A stretch of 64,000 nt of DNA, taken from contig CACGEC010000001.1 in assembly GCA_902572005.1 (NCBI GenBank), positions 21,020-85,019 on the forward strand, written 5' to 3'. The position numbers were made by a program, and so were the translations under genes. Below the pieces are notes generated by a model. The model was not told the origin of the DNA, searched no databases, and was given only the letters and a program-made list of their open reading frames with translations. This DNA comes from an uncultured Pelagibacteraceae bacterium. GTDB lineage: Bacteria > Pseudomonadota > Alphaproteobacteria > Pelagibacterales > Pelagibacteraceae. Shown here in pieces: positions 1 to 10,995 of the stretch (its first letter is position 1; each line of letters opens with the position of its first letter).

Positions 1-482
1 ATAGAATAAACTTATATAATGAGCTTGATAAAATTAGCAGTTTTTCTCAAAATAAAAAAGTAATAGATACAAATGATATATTGAAATTAACAAATTTAAG
101 TGAAAATTTTAGTGTCTATGAGTTAGTTGATAATTCACTTGCTAAAAAACAAAAAAAAATTTTAAACATTTTAAATGAAAATAATTTTTCTTCTGAAGAC
201 TGTATTTTAATTTTGAGAATTTTTTTAATCAAATTAAAAAGACTTTTAAAAATTCAGCAAGAAGTAGAAAAAGAAAAAAATGTTGAGAAAGTTATTTCGT
301 CCCATAAACCACCAATTTTCTGGAAAGAAAAAGATGTGATTAAAGAGCAAATAAAATTACTAAATTTAGAAAAAATTCACGATTTAATTGTGAGAGTTAA
401 TGAAATTGAACTTATAATTAAAAAGCATCCTTCAACTGCTTTAAATGTAACAACAGATTTTATCTTAGACCAAGCTCAATAA
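1..482 (+). CDS. holA: DNA polymerase III delta subunit, C-terminal part (5' truncated by window)
   Basis: Frame is open from position 3 (RINLYNELDKI...); contains PPIFWKEK; convergent with parB as in alphaproteobacteria. Confidence 0.85.
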   Translation, partial: RINLYNELDKISSFSQNKKVIDTNDILKLTNLSENFSVYELVDNSLAKKQKKILNILNENNFSSEDCILILRIFLIKLKRLLKIQQEVEKEKNVEKVISSHKPPIFWKEKDVIKEQIKLLNLEKIHDLIVRVNEIELIIKKHPSTALNVTTDFILDQAQ

Positions 483-1321
483 TTATTTTTAATAACATCT
501 ATGATTCTATTTAACTGATCAATGTCTTTATAGGAAAAACTAATTGTGCCTTTGTTTCTTTTGTTATTTTTAATGGAGACACTTAGGCCTATCTTGTCGC
601 TAATACTATTTTCTAAATCTATTAAGTTTGGATCTTTTTGATTTAATAAAGAACTTTTTTTCTTTTTAAAAATTTTTACGAAATTTTCAGCTTGACGAAC
701 AGAAAGTTTTTTTTCGATAATTTTATTAGCGATAGAAAGGGCATTTTCATGACCAACTAATATTTTTGCGTGCCCTGGGCTTATTTTTTTTTCTTCAATA
801 TATTTAAGCACCTCTGGTGGTAAATTAAGAAGTCTTAATGAATTTGTAATATAGCTTCTACTTTTTCCAATAAATTTAGATACTTTTTCTTGATCGTATG
901 CAAATTCGTCTATTAATCTTTTGTATCCCTGAGCTTCTTCAAGTGGGTTCAAGTCATGTCTTTGAACATTTTCTACAATTGCGAATTCTAAAGATTTTAG
1001 ATCATCCGCTTCTGTTACAACAACTGGTATTTCATGAAGTCCAGCTTTTCTGGCTGCAAGCCATCTTCGTTCACCTGCAATAATTTCATATTTTAAATTA
1101 TCAGAGTTAGATTTTCTTACTATTATAGGCTGGATTACACCTCTTTCTTTTACCGAATTCGTTAAATCAATTAAATTTTCCTCGTCAAAATTTTTTCTTG
1201 GTTGATACTTATTTGGAACAATATCACTAAGTGATAATTTATTAGTTTTTGTTTCAATTTTAGTTTCACCAATTAAAGATGACAATCCTCTACCAAGCCC
1301 TTTTTTAATTTTAGAATTCAT
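476..1321 (-). CDS. parB: ParB/Spo0J chromosome partitioning protein
   Basis: KKGLGRGLSSL N-terminus, QPRKNF, GERRWLAA, ENVQRHDLNPLEEA. Confidence 0.97.
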   Translation of the reverse strand: MNSKIKKGLGRGLSSLIGETKIETKTNKLSLSDIVPNKYQPRKNFDEENLIDLTNSVKERGVIQPIIVRKSNSDNLKYEIIAGERRWLAARKAGLHEIPVVVTEADDLKSLEFAIVENVQRHDLNPLEEAQGYKRLIDEFAYDQEKVSKFIGKSRSYITNSLRLLNLPPEVLKYIEEKKISPGHAKILVGHENALSIANKIIEKKLSVRQAENFVKIFKKKKSSLLNQKDPNLIDLENSISDKIGLSVSIKNNKRNKGTISFSYKDIDQLNRIIDVIKNNY

Positions 1322-2115
1322 TATGCTGCGCTCCCGATTTTGTTTTCTTGGGTCATAAATTCATCTGTAAAATTATAATAGGATTTACTACCAGGACAGC
1401 TTTTGTCATAAATCAAAACTGGAACTCCGTGAGAAGGCGCCTCTGATAATCTGACATTTCTAGGAATAACCGTTTGGTAAACTTTATCCTTGAAGTAAGT
1501 ACGCGCTTCTGATTCTACCTGTGATGATAGTTTGTTTCTCCTATCATACATTGTTAAAAGTATGCCTTGGATCTCTAATTCAGGATTTAAATTTACTTTT
1601 ATTCTTTCAATTGTCTTCATAAGTTGAGTTAAACCCTCTAAAGCGAAAAATTCCGTCTGAAGTGGTACCAAAAGTGAATTTGAAGACACTAAAGCCATTA
1701 CAGTCAATAAACTCAATGATGGAGGGCAGTCTATGAGTATATAATCATAAAAGGCTCCAGAATTGTTTAAATATGCAGTTAATTTTGCCTTTAAAATGAA
1801 TGCCCTATCACTGTCTCCAGCAGTTTCAACCTCTAAACCAGATAAATCTACATTTGATGTAACTAAATCTAAATTTTCAAACTTAGTTTTTTTTATTACA
1901 TGCGCTACGGCCTTAGTACCATTCAAAATTCCATAGATTGTATCTTCCGAAGGTCCTGTATTTGATAAACCAAGACCCGTCGTAGCATTACCTTGAGGAT
2001 CCAAATCTATTACTAAAATTTTTTTTCCTTGCTGTGACAATGCAGAAGCAAGATTTATTACTGTGGTCGTTTTCCCTACTCCACCCTTTTGATTTATTAT
2101 TGAGATTATCTTCAT
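1321..2115 (-). CDS. parA: ParA/Soj partitioning ATPase
   Basis: NQKGGVGKTTT deviant Walker A, DLDPQGNAT, DCPPSL. Confidence 0.97.
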   Translation of the reverse strand: MKIISIINQKGGVGKTTTVINLASALSQQGKKILVIDLDPQGNATTGLGLSNTGPSEDTIYGILNGTKAVAHVIKKTKFENLDLVTSNVDLSGLEVETAGDSDRAFILKAKLTAYLNNSGAFYDYILIDCPPSLSLLTVMALVSSNSLLVPLQTEFFALEGLTQLMKTIERIKVNLNPELEIQGILLTMYDRRNKLSSQVESEARTYFKDKVYQTVIPRNVRLSEAPSHGVPVLIYDKSCPGSKSYYNFTDEFMTQENKIGSAA

Positions 2116-2759
2116 GATAATTTTTTTTTAATTTTTTTTATATTTAGTATGAATGATACATTGCTTGTTAAACTTTTTTTTTCCTCATAATCTAAGTCCC
2201 AATGCTCTAGCGTATCATTTAAAATTTTTCTTCCTGAACTTCCCATAAATAAAATTATATTTTTATATTTAATAAAATTTTTATTTATTAAATCTAAAAT
2301 AACTGGCATAGGTTTAAAAGCTCTGGACATAATTGTTCCCGTTTCTATATTTTTAATCTTAAATACATCTTTTTGAATTATCTCTGTGTTCAAATTCATT
2401 TTTTTTGAAACTTCTCTAAGAAAAACGCACTTATGATAACTTTTTTCATAAAGTAAAATTTTCATATTATTTTTTAGTTTTTTCATCATAATAGCTACTA
2501 TAAGTCCTGGCATTCCTCCACCGGTTCCTAAATCACAGGTTGTATTACTATTTAAATCAATAAAATCAATGATTTGTGCTGAATCGAATATATGCCGCTC
2601 TCTTATATGATTTTTTTGAGACATTTTTTTGCTTATTATGTTAATTTTTTGATTTTTTTCTTGTATCATCGCTATTAAGCTTTCAAGCTCATTACAAGTT
2701 TCACGTGAAACATTTAAGTTGGGAATTTTTGAGTAAGTATTAAAAATTAAGTTATCCAT
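2112..2759 (-). CDS. rsmG: 16S rRNA m7G527 methyltransferase (GidB)
   Basis: RHIFDS, DLGTGGGMPG SAM motif; between gidA and parA. Confidence 0.93.
   Translation of the reverse strand: MDNLIFNTYSKIPNLNVSRETCNELESLIAMIQEKNQKINIISKKMSQKNHIRERHIFDSAQIIDFIDLNSNTTCDLGTGGGMPGLIVAIMMKKLKNNMKILLYEKSYHKCVFLREVSKKMNLNTEIIQKDVFKIKNIETGTIMSRAFKPMPVILDLINKNFIKYKNIILFMGSSGRKILNDTLEHWDLDYEEKKSLTSNVSFILNIKKIKKKLS
2697..2712. promoter_or_regulatory. parS: parS centromere-like site inside rsmG
   Basis: AGTTTCACGTGAAACA, 15/16 match to TGTTTCACGTGAAACA with a perfect 14-bp palindromic core; about 600 bp from parA. Confidence 0.9.
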
Positions 2760-4630
2760 TAAGCTATATGCTTAATAGACTTTCTTTTGACGTGTGACAA
2801 CAAAATATATACGGCCGCTGGCGTAATTCCATCAATTCTTAGAGCTTGACCCATAGTTTTAGGCTTTATTTGCTTAAATTTAGCTTTTACCTCATTGGAT
2901 AAACCTGAAAATTGATCATAATCTATATTATCAGGAATAATTAAATTCTCATCGCGCTTAAAAGCCAGAATATCTGCTTTTTGCTTTTTTAAATAACCTC
3001 TATAATGTGAATTAATTTCAATCTGCTCATCAATATCCTTACCAAAATCATTAATTTCTGGCCAAATATACCTAATTTTACCCATATTGACGTCTTTCTG
3101 AGCAAGTATCTCCTCAGCAGTCCTGAATACACCGTCCTTTGCAATTTTAATACCGTATTTCTCTGCTTTTGAAGGTGAAATATTCAAATTAGTCATTTGA
3201 AGAGATATTTTACCAAGTTTTTCAAATTTACTTTCAAAAACCTTTTTTCTAGAATCCCCTACTAATCCTACTTTAATACCTTTATTAGTAAGTCTTAAAT
3301 CAGCATTATCAGATCGCAGGCTTAATCTATACTCAGCGCGAGAGGTAAACATCCTATATGGTTCAGCAACTCCCTTTGTTACTAAATCATCTATCATTAC
3401 TCCTATATACGCATCTGATCTGTCTAAAATAAAAGGTTCCATATTTTTTAGAGAAAGAGCTGCATTAACACCAGCTATAAGGCCTTGAGCGGCAGCTTCC
3501 TCATAACCTGTGGTTCCATTAATTTGACCTGCCAAATACAAATTCTTTATTTTTTTGGTTTCAAGTGTCAAAAAAAGCTCTCTTGGGTCAATATAATCAT
3601 ATTCTATAGCATAACCGGGCCGTATTATCTTAACATTCTCTAAACCATTGATATTGTTGAGTATTTCATGCTGCACAACCTCAGGTAGGGATGTAGATAT
3701 CCCATTTGGGTAAATTGTATGATCATTTAAGCCTTCTGGCTCTAAAAATATTTGATGCCTAGTCTTATCTGCAAATTTAACTATTTTATCCTCAATAGAA
3801 GGACAATATCTAGGCCCAACACCCTGGATGCTACCAGAGTACATTGCACTCTTCGTTAAATTCTTTTCAATTATCTTATGAACTTTTTCATTAGTATAAG
3901 TCATTGAGCATGACACTTGTTTGTTTAAATTTTTTTTACTTAAAAAAGAAAAAAAATATGGCTCATCGTCGGCAAACTGTTTTTCTAAATTTTCAAAATT
4001 AATTGTTCGTGAGTCCAATCTTGGAGGCGTTCCAGTCTTTAATCTTCCAATTTTAAATTTATACTTTTCTAATTGCTCCGACAGACCAGTGCTTGGTTTT
4101 TCATTATATCGACCCGCGGGTGTTCTTTCATCACCTATATGTATTAAACCATTTAAAAAAGTGCCGGTTGTAAGGATTAACTTGTTACAAGTAACTTTAT
4201 TGCCTTTTAAAGTTAAAAAACCCTTTATTTCATTATTAATGAAAATAAATTTAATAACTGGATCTGAAAAAATGCTTAAATTACAATAGTTTACAAGTTT
4301 TTCTTGCATAAATTTACGATATAATGATCTATCAGATTGAGTTCGAGGACCTCTTACTGCTGGACCTCTACTTCTATTTAGTAATCTGAATTGGATACCT
4401 GATTGGTCAGCCACAACACCCATTACGCCATCTAATGCATCGATTTCCCTCACTAAGTGACCTTTTCCAAGACCACCGATAGCTGGATTGCAAGACATTT
4501 CTCCAATCGTGTTTTTGTTATGAGTAAATAGAGCAGTGTTTACACCTAGCCTTGCCGACGCTGCAGCAGCTTCACACCCAGCATGACCCCCACCAATTAC
4601 AACCACATCAAATGATAAATCTTTTTTCAT
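2759..4630 (-). CDS. mnmG: tRNA uridine 5-carboxymethylaminomethyl modification enzyme (GidA)
   Basis: [46 protein letters not shown]. Confidence 0.98.
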   Translation of the reverse strand: MKKDLSFDVVVIGGGHAGCEAAAASARLGVNTALFTHNKNTIGEMSCNPAIGGLGKGHLVREIDALDGVMGVVADQSGIQFRLLNRSRGPAVRGPRTQSDRSLYRKFMQEKLVNYCNLSIFSDPVIKFIFINNEIKGFLTLKGNKVTCNKLILTTGTFLNGLIHIGDERTPAGRYNEKPSTGLSEQLEKYKFKIGRLKTGTPPRLDSRTINFENLEKQFADDEPYFFSFLSKKNLNKQVSCSMTYTNEKVHKIIEKNLTKSAMYSGSIQGVGPRYCPSIEDKIVKFADKTRHQIFLEPEGLNDHTIYPNGISTSLPEVVQHEILNNINGLENVKIIRPGYAIEYDYIDPRELFLTLETKKIKNLYLAGQINGTTGYEEAAAQGLIAGVNAALSLKNMEPFILDRSDAYIGVMIDDLVTKGVAEPYRMFTSRAEYRLSLRSDNADLRLTNKGIKVGLVGDSRKKVFESKFEKLGKISLQMTNLNISPSKAEKYGIKIAKDGVFRTAEEILAQKDVNMGKIRYIWPEINDFGKDIDEQIEINSHYRGYLKKQKADILAFKRDENLIIPDNIDYDQFSGLSNEVKAKFKQIKPKTMGQALRIDGITPAAVYILLSHVKRKSIKHIA

Positions 4631-4746
4631 GATGTAAATTTATATTTGATTATGATATTTACAAGATATGAGTTTTTTTTCTTAAATAAGCTTCATTTAT
4701 CAACGAAAATCACTTAAAAATGGCTAAAAATCCAGGAAAATAGCAA

Positions 4747-6078
4747 TTATTTTCCAATGCAAAAATCGTTGAAAATACTACCTAATATCTCCTCTACATC
4801 CACTTTTCCAACAATCATACCCAAATGACGAGTTGCTAACCTTAAATCCTCTGCTGCTTTATCAAAATCTTTTTTATCATTCTTATTTGAAAAATTTTTT
4901 AAGTGTTCAGTGCATTGCAGCAAGTGTTGTCTATGTCTCTCTCTAGTAATTAAAATATCTTCTGCTGATATAAATTTGTTTTTTAAGTTATCTTTTATTT
5001 TGTTAATTAATTTATCAATATTTAAATTATCTTTTATTGAGATTAAAACATGATTGAATTTGGAAATTTCTGTATCTAACTTCTCTTTTAAAAGATCTGA
5101 TTTATTAATTACTAATATCGCATCATTTTTTAACAGATCTGTCAAAAAACTGCCTATTTCAATGCTTTTAGCATCAACTACAACTAGTTTTAAATCAGCA
5201 TTTTCTGCTTTATTAAGAGATAATTTAATCCCTTTTTTTTCAATTTCATCTTTCGAATCTCTTATACCCGCGGTATCCGAAATAATTACTGGATAACCAT
5301 CTATGTTTAAATGTGTTTCAACAACATCTCTTGTGGTACCAGCAATCTCAGAGACTATTGCAACTTCTCTGTTTGATAAGTTATTTAGTAAACTTGATTT
5401 ACCTGCATTTGTTGGTCCTACAATTGCAATTTTAAAACCTTCTCTGATCATTTCACCAACTTTTTGATCATTTAAAATTTTATTAATCTCTTTTAAAACA
5501 TCTGAAATGTCCTGATTTATTTTTTTTAAATTTTCTTCTGGTAAATCCTCCTCTGGAAAATCTATTTTTGCCTCAACAAATGATAAAATTTTTAATAATT
5601 TATCTCTTAATTGATTAAATTTTTCTGATGATTTCCCTTTCATTAATTTCACAGCTTGTAATCTCTGAATTTCAGTTTCTGCTGAAATTAAATCAGCAAT
5701 ACTTTCGGCTTTTAATAAATTTATTTTGCCATTTTGAAATGCGAGCTTTGTAAACTCTCCAGGTTCCGCTAATCTGCAATTATTTATTTTTGATATCTCC
5801 TTTTGAACAGCCAAAACAACCGCTTTGCCTCCATGGACATGAATTTCAGCCATATCCTCTCCTGTATAGCTCTCAGGGCCAGGAAACCATAATATTATCC
5901 CTTCATCAATGAGCTCAGAAGTGTTGATATTGTTTATTTTCCGAAGGGTTGCGATTCGTGGTGTTGGAATTTTTTTGCCAGTGAGAGATTTTATAACATT
6001 TGAAGCTTCATTTCCTGAAATTCTTATAATGGCAACGCCTGAAACACCAGGACCAGTTGATAAAGCATAAATAGTCAT
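4747..6078 (-). CDS. mnmE: tRNA modification GTPase (TrmE)
   Basis: GPTNAGKSS, GTTRD, DTAG, NKSD, C-terminal FCIGK. Confidence 0.98.
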   Translation of the reverse strand: MTIYALSTGPGVSGVAIIRISGNEASNVIKSLTGKKIPTPRIATLRKINNINTSELIDEGIILWFPGPESYTGEDMAEIHVHGGKAVVLAVQKEISKINNCRLAEPGEFTKLAFQNGKINLLKAESIADLISAETEIQRLQAVKLMKGKSSEKFNQLRDKLLKILSFVEAKIDFPEEDLPEENLKKINQDISDVLKEINKILNDQKVGEMIREGFKIAIVGPTNAGKSSLLNNLSNREVAIVSEIAGTTRDVVETHLNIDGYPVIISDTAGIRDSKDEIEKKGIKLSLNKAENADLKLVVVDAKSIEIGSFLTDLLKNDAILVINKSDLLKEKLDTEISKFNHVLISIKDNLNIDKLINKIKDNLKNKFISAEDILITRERHRQHLLQCTEHLKNFSNKNDKKDFDKAAEDLRLATRHLGMIVGKVDVEEILGSIFNDFCIGK

Positions 6079-6119
6079 AAAATATTATAACTTTTATTCT
6101 GTAATATTGGAAAACTTAA

Positions 6120-7388
6120 TTAGGCTGGTTTGTTCATTGAATTAAAGAACTCCGCGTTACTTTTTGTGTCCTTTAACTTAGAGTTAATGAATTCTATCGC
6201 ATCCATTGTGCCCATAGGTGCAATAATCCTTCTTAAAACATTCATTTTTTGTAAATCATTTTTATCAAACAATAATTCTTCTCTCCTTGTGCCTGATTTT
6301 GTAATATCGATTGCAGGATAAATTCTTTTATCAGCGATTTTTCTATCAAGTACAGTCTCGCTATTTCCTGTTCCCTTAAACTCTTCGAATATTACCTCAT
6401 CCATTCTACTTCCAGTATCGATCAAGGCTGTTGAGATAATTGTCAAGGATCCACCTTCTTCAATATTTCTAGCGGCTCCAAAGAATCTCTTGGGTCTTTG
6501 TAGGGCATTCGCATCAACACCACCTGTTAAAACTTTACCAGAGCTAGGTATCACAGCGTTATACGCTCGTCCTAATCTCGTTATTGAATCTAAAAGAATG
6601 ACCACATCTTTTTTATGTTCAGTTAATCGTTTAGCTTTTTCAATCACCATTTCAGCAACAGCAACATGGCGCTGAGCAGGTTCATCAAATGTAGAGCTGA
6701 TAACTTCTCCTTTTACTGTTCTTTGCATATCCGTTACTTCTTCAGGTCGCTCGTCTATTAAAAGCACAATCAAATAACATTCAGGATAATTTTTAGCTAT
6801 TGAGTTAGCTATACTTTGCAAAATCATTGTTTTTCCAGCTTTTGGCGGTGAAATTATAATTGATCTTTGTCCTTTACCTATAGGGCTTACTAAGTCAATC
6901 AATCTTGGCGTAAGATCTGGTTTTTTTTCAGTTTTAGTTGTCTCAACTTCCATTACAAGCTGCTTATCAGGATACAGGGGTGTTAAGTTATCAAAGGCTA
7001 TTTTGTGTCTTGATTTTTCTGGTTCTTCAAAATTAATTTTACTTACTTGTAGTAGTGCAAAATATCTCTCACCTTCCTTGGGAGCTCTAACTGGACCTTC
7101 GACTGTATCACCTGTTCTTAGACCAAATTTTCTTATTTGACTTGGGCTAACATAAATATCATCTGGTCCTGGTAAATAGTTGGATTCCATCGCTCTAAGA
7201 AAGCCAAAACCGTCTTGTAAAAGTTGTAATACTCCTGCACCGGTAATTTCCTCTTTTTCAGCTACTTTTTTTAATATTGCAAAAAGGATCTCTTGTTTTC
7301 TAAGGGTACTAGCGTTTTCGATCCCAAGCTCCTCAGCCTGAGTAATAAGTTGTTCAGATGATTTTAGTTTTAATTCTTGAATGTTCAT
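6120..7388 (-). CDS. rho: Transcription termination factor Rho
   Basis: [34 protein letters not shown]. Confidence 0.99.
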   Translation of the reverse strand: MNIQELKLKSSEQLITQAEELGIENASTLRKQEILFAILKKVAEKEEITGAGVLQLLQDGFGFLRAMESNYLPGPDDIYVSPSQIRKFGLRTGDTVEGPVRAPKEGERYFALLQVSKINFEEPEKSRHKIAFDNLTPLYPDKQLVMEVETTKTEKKPDLTPRLIDLVSPIGKGQRSIIISPPKAGKTMILQSIANSIAKNYPECYLIVLLIDERPEEVTDMQRTVKGEVISSTFDEPAQRHVAVAEMVIEKAKRLTEHKKDVVILLDSITRLGRAYNAVIPSSGKVLTGGVDANALQRPKRFFGAARNIEEGGSLTIISTALIDTGSRMDEVIFEEFKGTGNSETVLDRKIADKRIYPAIDITKSGTRREELLFDKNDLQKMNVLRRIIAPMGTMDAIEFINSKLKDTKSNAEFFNSMNKPA

Positions 7389-7453
7389 GATTTAAAATTA
7401 TTAAGGACTTAGTGGATGGATTTAATATATATACTATTTAAAATTATTCAACC

Positions 7454-7888
7454 CTAGATAGGCTTAAAAATTACGACAAATATGATGAAAATAAGTAATA
7501 ATGTGGGTATTTCGTTTATAAAACGGTAATACTTGTGAGAATGTTTATTCAAATCTTGCTTAAATTTCCCAAGAATTCTTCCAAGATAAAAATGGTAAAT
7601 AGTTAGAATAATCACCAAAAATAATTTCAATATCATCCATTTTTGCCCCAATTGTTCAAATCCTATTTCATGTATAAGTAACAAACCAAACAACCAAGAT
7701 AAAATCATTGCCGGAGTCATTATGTAAAAGAACAATTTTTTTTCCATAACCTTGAATACCTCTGTAATAATTGGTTTTGAGCTATTTTGAGAGTGATAAA
7801 CAAAAATTCTTGGAAGATACAATAAACCAGCCATCCAAGAAATTACAGATATAAGATGTAATGATTTGAAAAGTAAATAAGTATTCAT
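7454..7888 (-). CDS. hemJ: Protoporphyrinogen oxidase HemJ
   Basis: SWMAGLLYLPRIFVYH, NEIPT..KP; between hemH and rho. Confidence 0.95.
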   Translation of the reverse strand: MNTYLLFKSLHLISVISWMAGLLYLPRIFVYHSQNSSKPIITEVFKVMEKKLFFYIMTPAMILSWLFGLLLIHEIGFEQLGQKWMILKLFLVIILTIYHFYLGRILGKFKQDLNKHSHKYYRFINEIPTLLLIFIIFVVIFKPI

Positions 7889-8886
7889 TAAATACTTTTT
7901 TGAATTAGAGATTTTAATAAAAGTATATGATCATCGTTATCATTTAAGCATGGCACCATATCAAAATTTTCACCACCAGAATTTAAAAAGCTATCTTTGC
8001 CCTCAATAAGTATTTCCTCTAAAGTTTCAACACAGTCTGAAGAAAAGCCTGGACATATTGTAAGGACATTTTTTTTCCCTTCGCTAGGCAGACTTTCTAA
8101 GGTTTTGTCTGTGTATGGCTCAAGCCACTTTTGGGGGCCAAATCTTGACTGAAAAGTCGTTTTGAGTTCTATCGAACTAAATTTTTCTGAAATTAGTCTA
8201 GTGGTCTTGTGACAATAGCAATGGTAAGGGTCTCCTTTATCAAAATATTTCTTAGGTATACCATGATAAGATGCCAATATTAAGTCGGGCTTCCAATCAA
8301 TCTCTTTTATTTTTTTATTCAGCGAATTTACTAATGCATCTATATAAAGCGGGTCAGATTCATAATGTGGAATTATTTTTAATGATGGTTGCCACCTTAT
8401 TTTCATTAGAGTTCTGTAAACTTCATCACATACCGTTGCTGTAGTCGCGGCAGCATACTGAGGATATAAAGGTAAAATTACTAAATTTTCACAGCCTTGG
8501 TTATGCAATTTCATGATTTTACTTTTAATGCTTGGGTTGCCATATCTCATTGCAAAATCTACAATTATATTATCTTGAGTAAAAAAGCTGGAAATTTTTC
8601 TAGCTTGTTCTCTGGTATAATAAAGAAGTGGTGAAATATTTTCATCTTTCATCCAAATTTTTTTATAAGCTTTAGCTGTTTTAGATGGTCTAAAGTTTAA
8701 AATAAAGACATTAAGTATTATTTGCCAAAGAATAGGAGGAACTTCTATTACCCTTCTATCCGACAAGAATTCTTTTAGGTATTTTCTTATGTCAAACCAA
8801 CTTGTTGAATCTGGCGTTCCTAAATTAATAACCAAAACTCCAGTTTTACCAAATTTAACCGGTGGATGTTCGTTGATGTTTTTCAT
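7888..8886 (-). CDS. hemH: Ferrochelatase
   Basis: NLGTPD, AMRYGNP, LPLYPQY, SYHGIP, DCVETLEEI. Confidence 0.97.
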   Translation of the reverse strand: MKNINEHPPVKFGKTGVLVINLGTPDSTSWFDIRKYLKEFLSDRRVIEVPPILWQIILNVFILNFRPSKTAKAYKKIWMKDENISPLLYYTREQARKISSFFTQDNIIVDFAMRYGNPSIKSKIMKLHNQGCENLVILPLYPQYAAATTATVCDEVYRTLMKIRWQPSLKIIPHYESDPLYIDALVNSLNKKIKEIDWKPDLILASYHGIPKKYFDKGDPYHCYCHKTTRLISEKFSSIELKTTFQSRFGPQKWLEPYTDKTLESLPSEGKKNVLTICPGFSSDCVETLEEILIEGKDSFLNSGGENFDMVPCLNDNDDHILLLKSLIQKSI

Positions 8887-9888
8887 TTAATAATCTTTTA
8901 CCATTTTTACAAGATAGTCCATCATATTAGGGTCTGTTTCTGGCAAGACTCCGTGTCCCAAATTAAAAATGTAAGGATGATCTTTAAATATATCCAGATA
9001 TTTTTTTGCTTCCTTTTTTAAGTTTTCTTTATCCGTTAAAAGAATCTTTGGATCCATACCACCTTGGATAGGAATTTTAATTTCTTTTTTTATCTGAACT
9101 GGATCAACCTCATAATCGATACAAATCGCATCTGGCTTTACATACTCTGAATATTTTTTATAATCTTTAATTCCTCTTGGAAAACATATAACTGGAACAT
9201 TTAAAGATTTTGTAAATTCTACTAAAGATAAAGTTGGATCATAAACATATTTATCAAGTTTATCTTTATTAAGCAGTCCTGCCCAACTATCAAAAATTTG
9301 AATAATTTTAGCTCCACTGTCAATTTGGTTTTTAATATGAATTTTTATAAATTTATCTAATATCTTTAATATTTCATTAATTAAAAGTTCATCACTAAAG
9401 AAATTATTTGCTAGTTTTAACTTTGGGGAGTGCTTATTAATCATGTAAACTAATAATGTCCAAGGGGCTCCGACAAATCCTATGGTATCTTTGTTTTTTA
9501 CTAATTGATTACTACTAACTAATTTAATTGCTTCATAAACTTGATTAATTTTTTTTACAAAGTCTTCTTCAGTTAATTCAGAAATCTTACTTAAATTTAA
9601 ATCCCCTAAAGAAGGGCCAAAATTCTTTTTAAATTCAACTTTTTGATTTAAACCATATGGTACCATTAAGATATCAGAGAAAATAATAGCTGCATCTAAT
9701 TCAAATCTTTTTAAAGGTTGAAGTGTAATTTCTGTAGATAAATTTTGATTTAAACATAATTTTATAAAATCAGGATTATTTTTTCTTATTTCTCTGAATT
9801 CTGGTAAATATCTACCAGCTTGTCTCATTATCCAAATAGGATTATTTTTAGTTTGTTTATTTACAATAACTTCGCTGATTGGTGACAT
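8887..9888 (-). CDS. hemE: Uroporphyrinogen decarboxylase
   Basis: WIMRQAGRYLPE, FSDIL, FDSWAG, FNLGHG. Confidence 0.97.
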   Translation of the reverse strand: MSPISEVIVNKQTKNNPIWIMRQAGRYLPEFREIRKNNPDFIKLCLNQNLSTEITLQPLKRFELDAAIIFSDILMVPYGLNQKVEFKKNFGPSLGDLNLSKISELTEEDFVKKINQVYEAIKLVSSNQLVKNKDTIGFVGAPWTLLVYMINKHSPKLKLANNFFSDELLINEILKILDKFIKIHIKNQIDSGAKIIQIFDSWAGLLNKDKLDKYVYDPTLSLVEFTKSLNVPVICFPRGIKDYKKYSEYVKPDAICIDYEVDPVQIKKEIKIPIQGGMDPKILLTDKENLKKEAKKYLDIFKDHPYIFNLGHGVLPETDPNMMDYLVKMVKDY

Positions 9889-10170
9889 ATTAATAATTAA
9901 ATATATTAGATTGTATTATTAGTATAACCTGTGAATAATGATGATTAAATTTAATGAACATTTTATAAACAATTTATTAACATTTAAGCCTTTAAATTTA
10001 TTAAATATATATGAAAAATTGAAGCTTATTAACAAAACATGTAAATTTCTAAATAACTTTATTAAGGTGTTTAATAATGTGAATAAAAGCTTGGTTTTAC
10101 AGCATAAATTTTAAAATGTTAAAATCATTTAATATGATTTAAATAATAAAAACTTATTAACATTTAATAC
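9889..10170. other. oriC: Probable chromosomal replication origin (oriC)
   Basis: 282-bp very AT-rich gap between hemE and the PDRP gene, the canonical alphaproteobacterial oriC position; DnaA boxes TGTGAATAA at 9930-9938 and 10078-10086; degenerate TTATTAACA at 9974, 10026 and 10154; gene orientation diverges here; parABS nearby. Confidence 0.85.
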
Positions 10171-10995
10171 ATGAGTAATACATACGAAATTTATCTAATA
10201 TCAGACTCCACAGGGGAGATGCTTGAGAGAATTTTCATTGCTATTAAAGCTCAATTTAAAAACAATAATTATAAAATACACACTTATTCGTTCACAAGAA
10301 CGGAAAACCAGATTTTTAAGATTTTAACTGAAGCTGAAAAAAACAATAATTCAATAATTTTATATTCAATAGTGGATACTAACTTGGCAAAATATTTAGC
10401 AAATACTAGTGAAGATAAAAAAATTCCATGCTTTGGAGTTTTGGGTGATTTAATTCTTAGTTTTTCAAAACTTTTAAATCAAAAAGCATCACATCAACCC
10501 AGCGGCCAATATGCATTAAATGATGAATATTATAAAAGAATAGCGGCAATTCAATTTACAATGAATCATGATGATGGAAATTTAGTTAAAGAGCTAAACA
10601 AATCAGATATTATATTATTAGGAGTGAGCAGAACGAGCAAAACACCAACATCGATATATTTAGCGAACAAAGGATTTAAAACATCAAACATTCCTTTAGT
10701 GAATGAAAACTCAATTCCTAAAGCTCTAAAAGAAAATCCAAAAATGAGCTGCGTGATTGGTCTTAACACTGAGCCCGAAAGACTTGTTGATATAAGAAAA
10801 AATAGGATGAATTCTCTTAAAGAAACAGAAAGTAAATCTTATACAGATCTCGAAAAAATTAGAAAAGAAGTTGACGAGGCAAAAAATACTTTTAAAAAAT
10901 ACAAGTGGCCAACAATTGATGTAACAAGAAAATCAGTCGAGGAAACAGCGGCATCTATAATAAAAATATACGAAATATACAAACAGAATGGTTGA
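10171..10995 (+). CDS. Pyruvate phosphate dikinase/PEP synthase regulatory protein (PDRP, DUF299)
   Basis: SDSTGE, HDDG, GVSRTSKTPTSIYLA, DVTRKSVEETAA. Confidence 0.93.
   Translation: MSNTYEIYLISDSTGEMLERIFIAIKAQFKNNNYKIHTYSFTRTENQIFKILTEAEKNNNSIILYSIVDTNLAKYLANTSEDKKIPCFGVLGDLILSFSKLLNQKASHQPSGQYALNDEYYKRIAAIQFTMNHDDGNLVKELNKSDIILLGVSRTSKTPTSIYLANKGFKTSNIPLVNENSIPKALKENPKMSCVIGLNTEPERLVDIRKNRMNSLKETESKSYTDLEKIRKEVDEAKNTFKKYKWPTIDVTRKSVEETAASIIKIYEIYKQNG

Noticed and set aside
9889-10170. CtrA boxes in oriC
   Set aside because: Adjacent TTAA pairs checked have spacers of 3-6 nt, not 7
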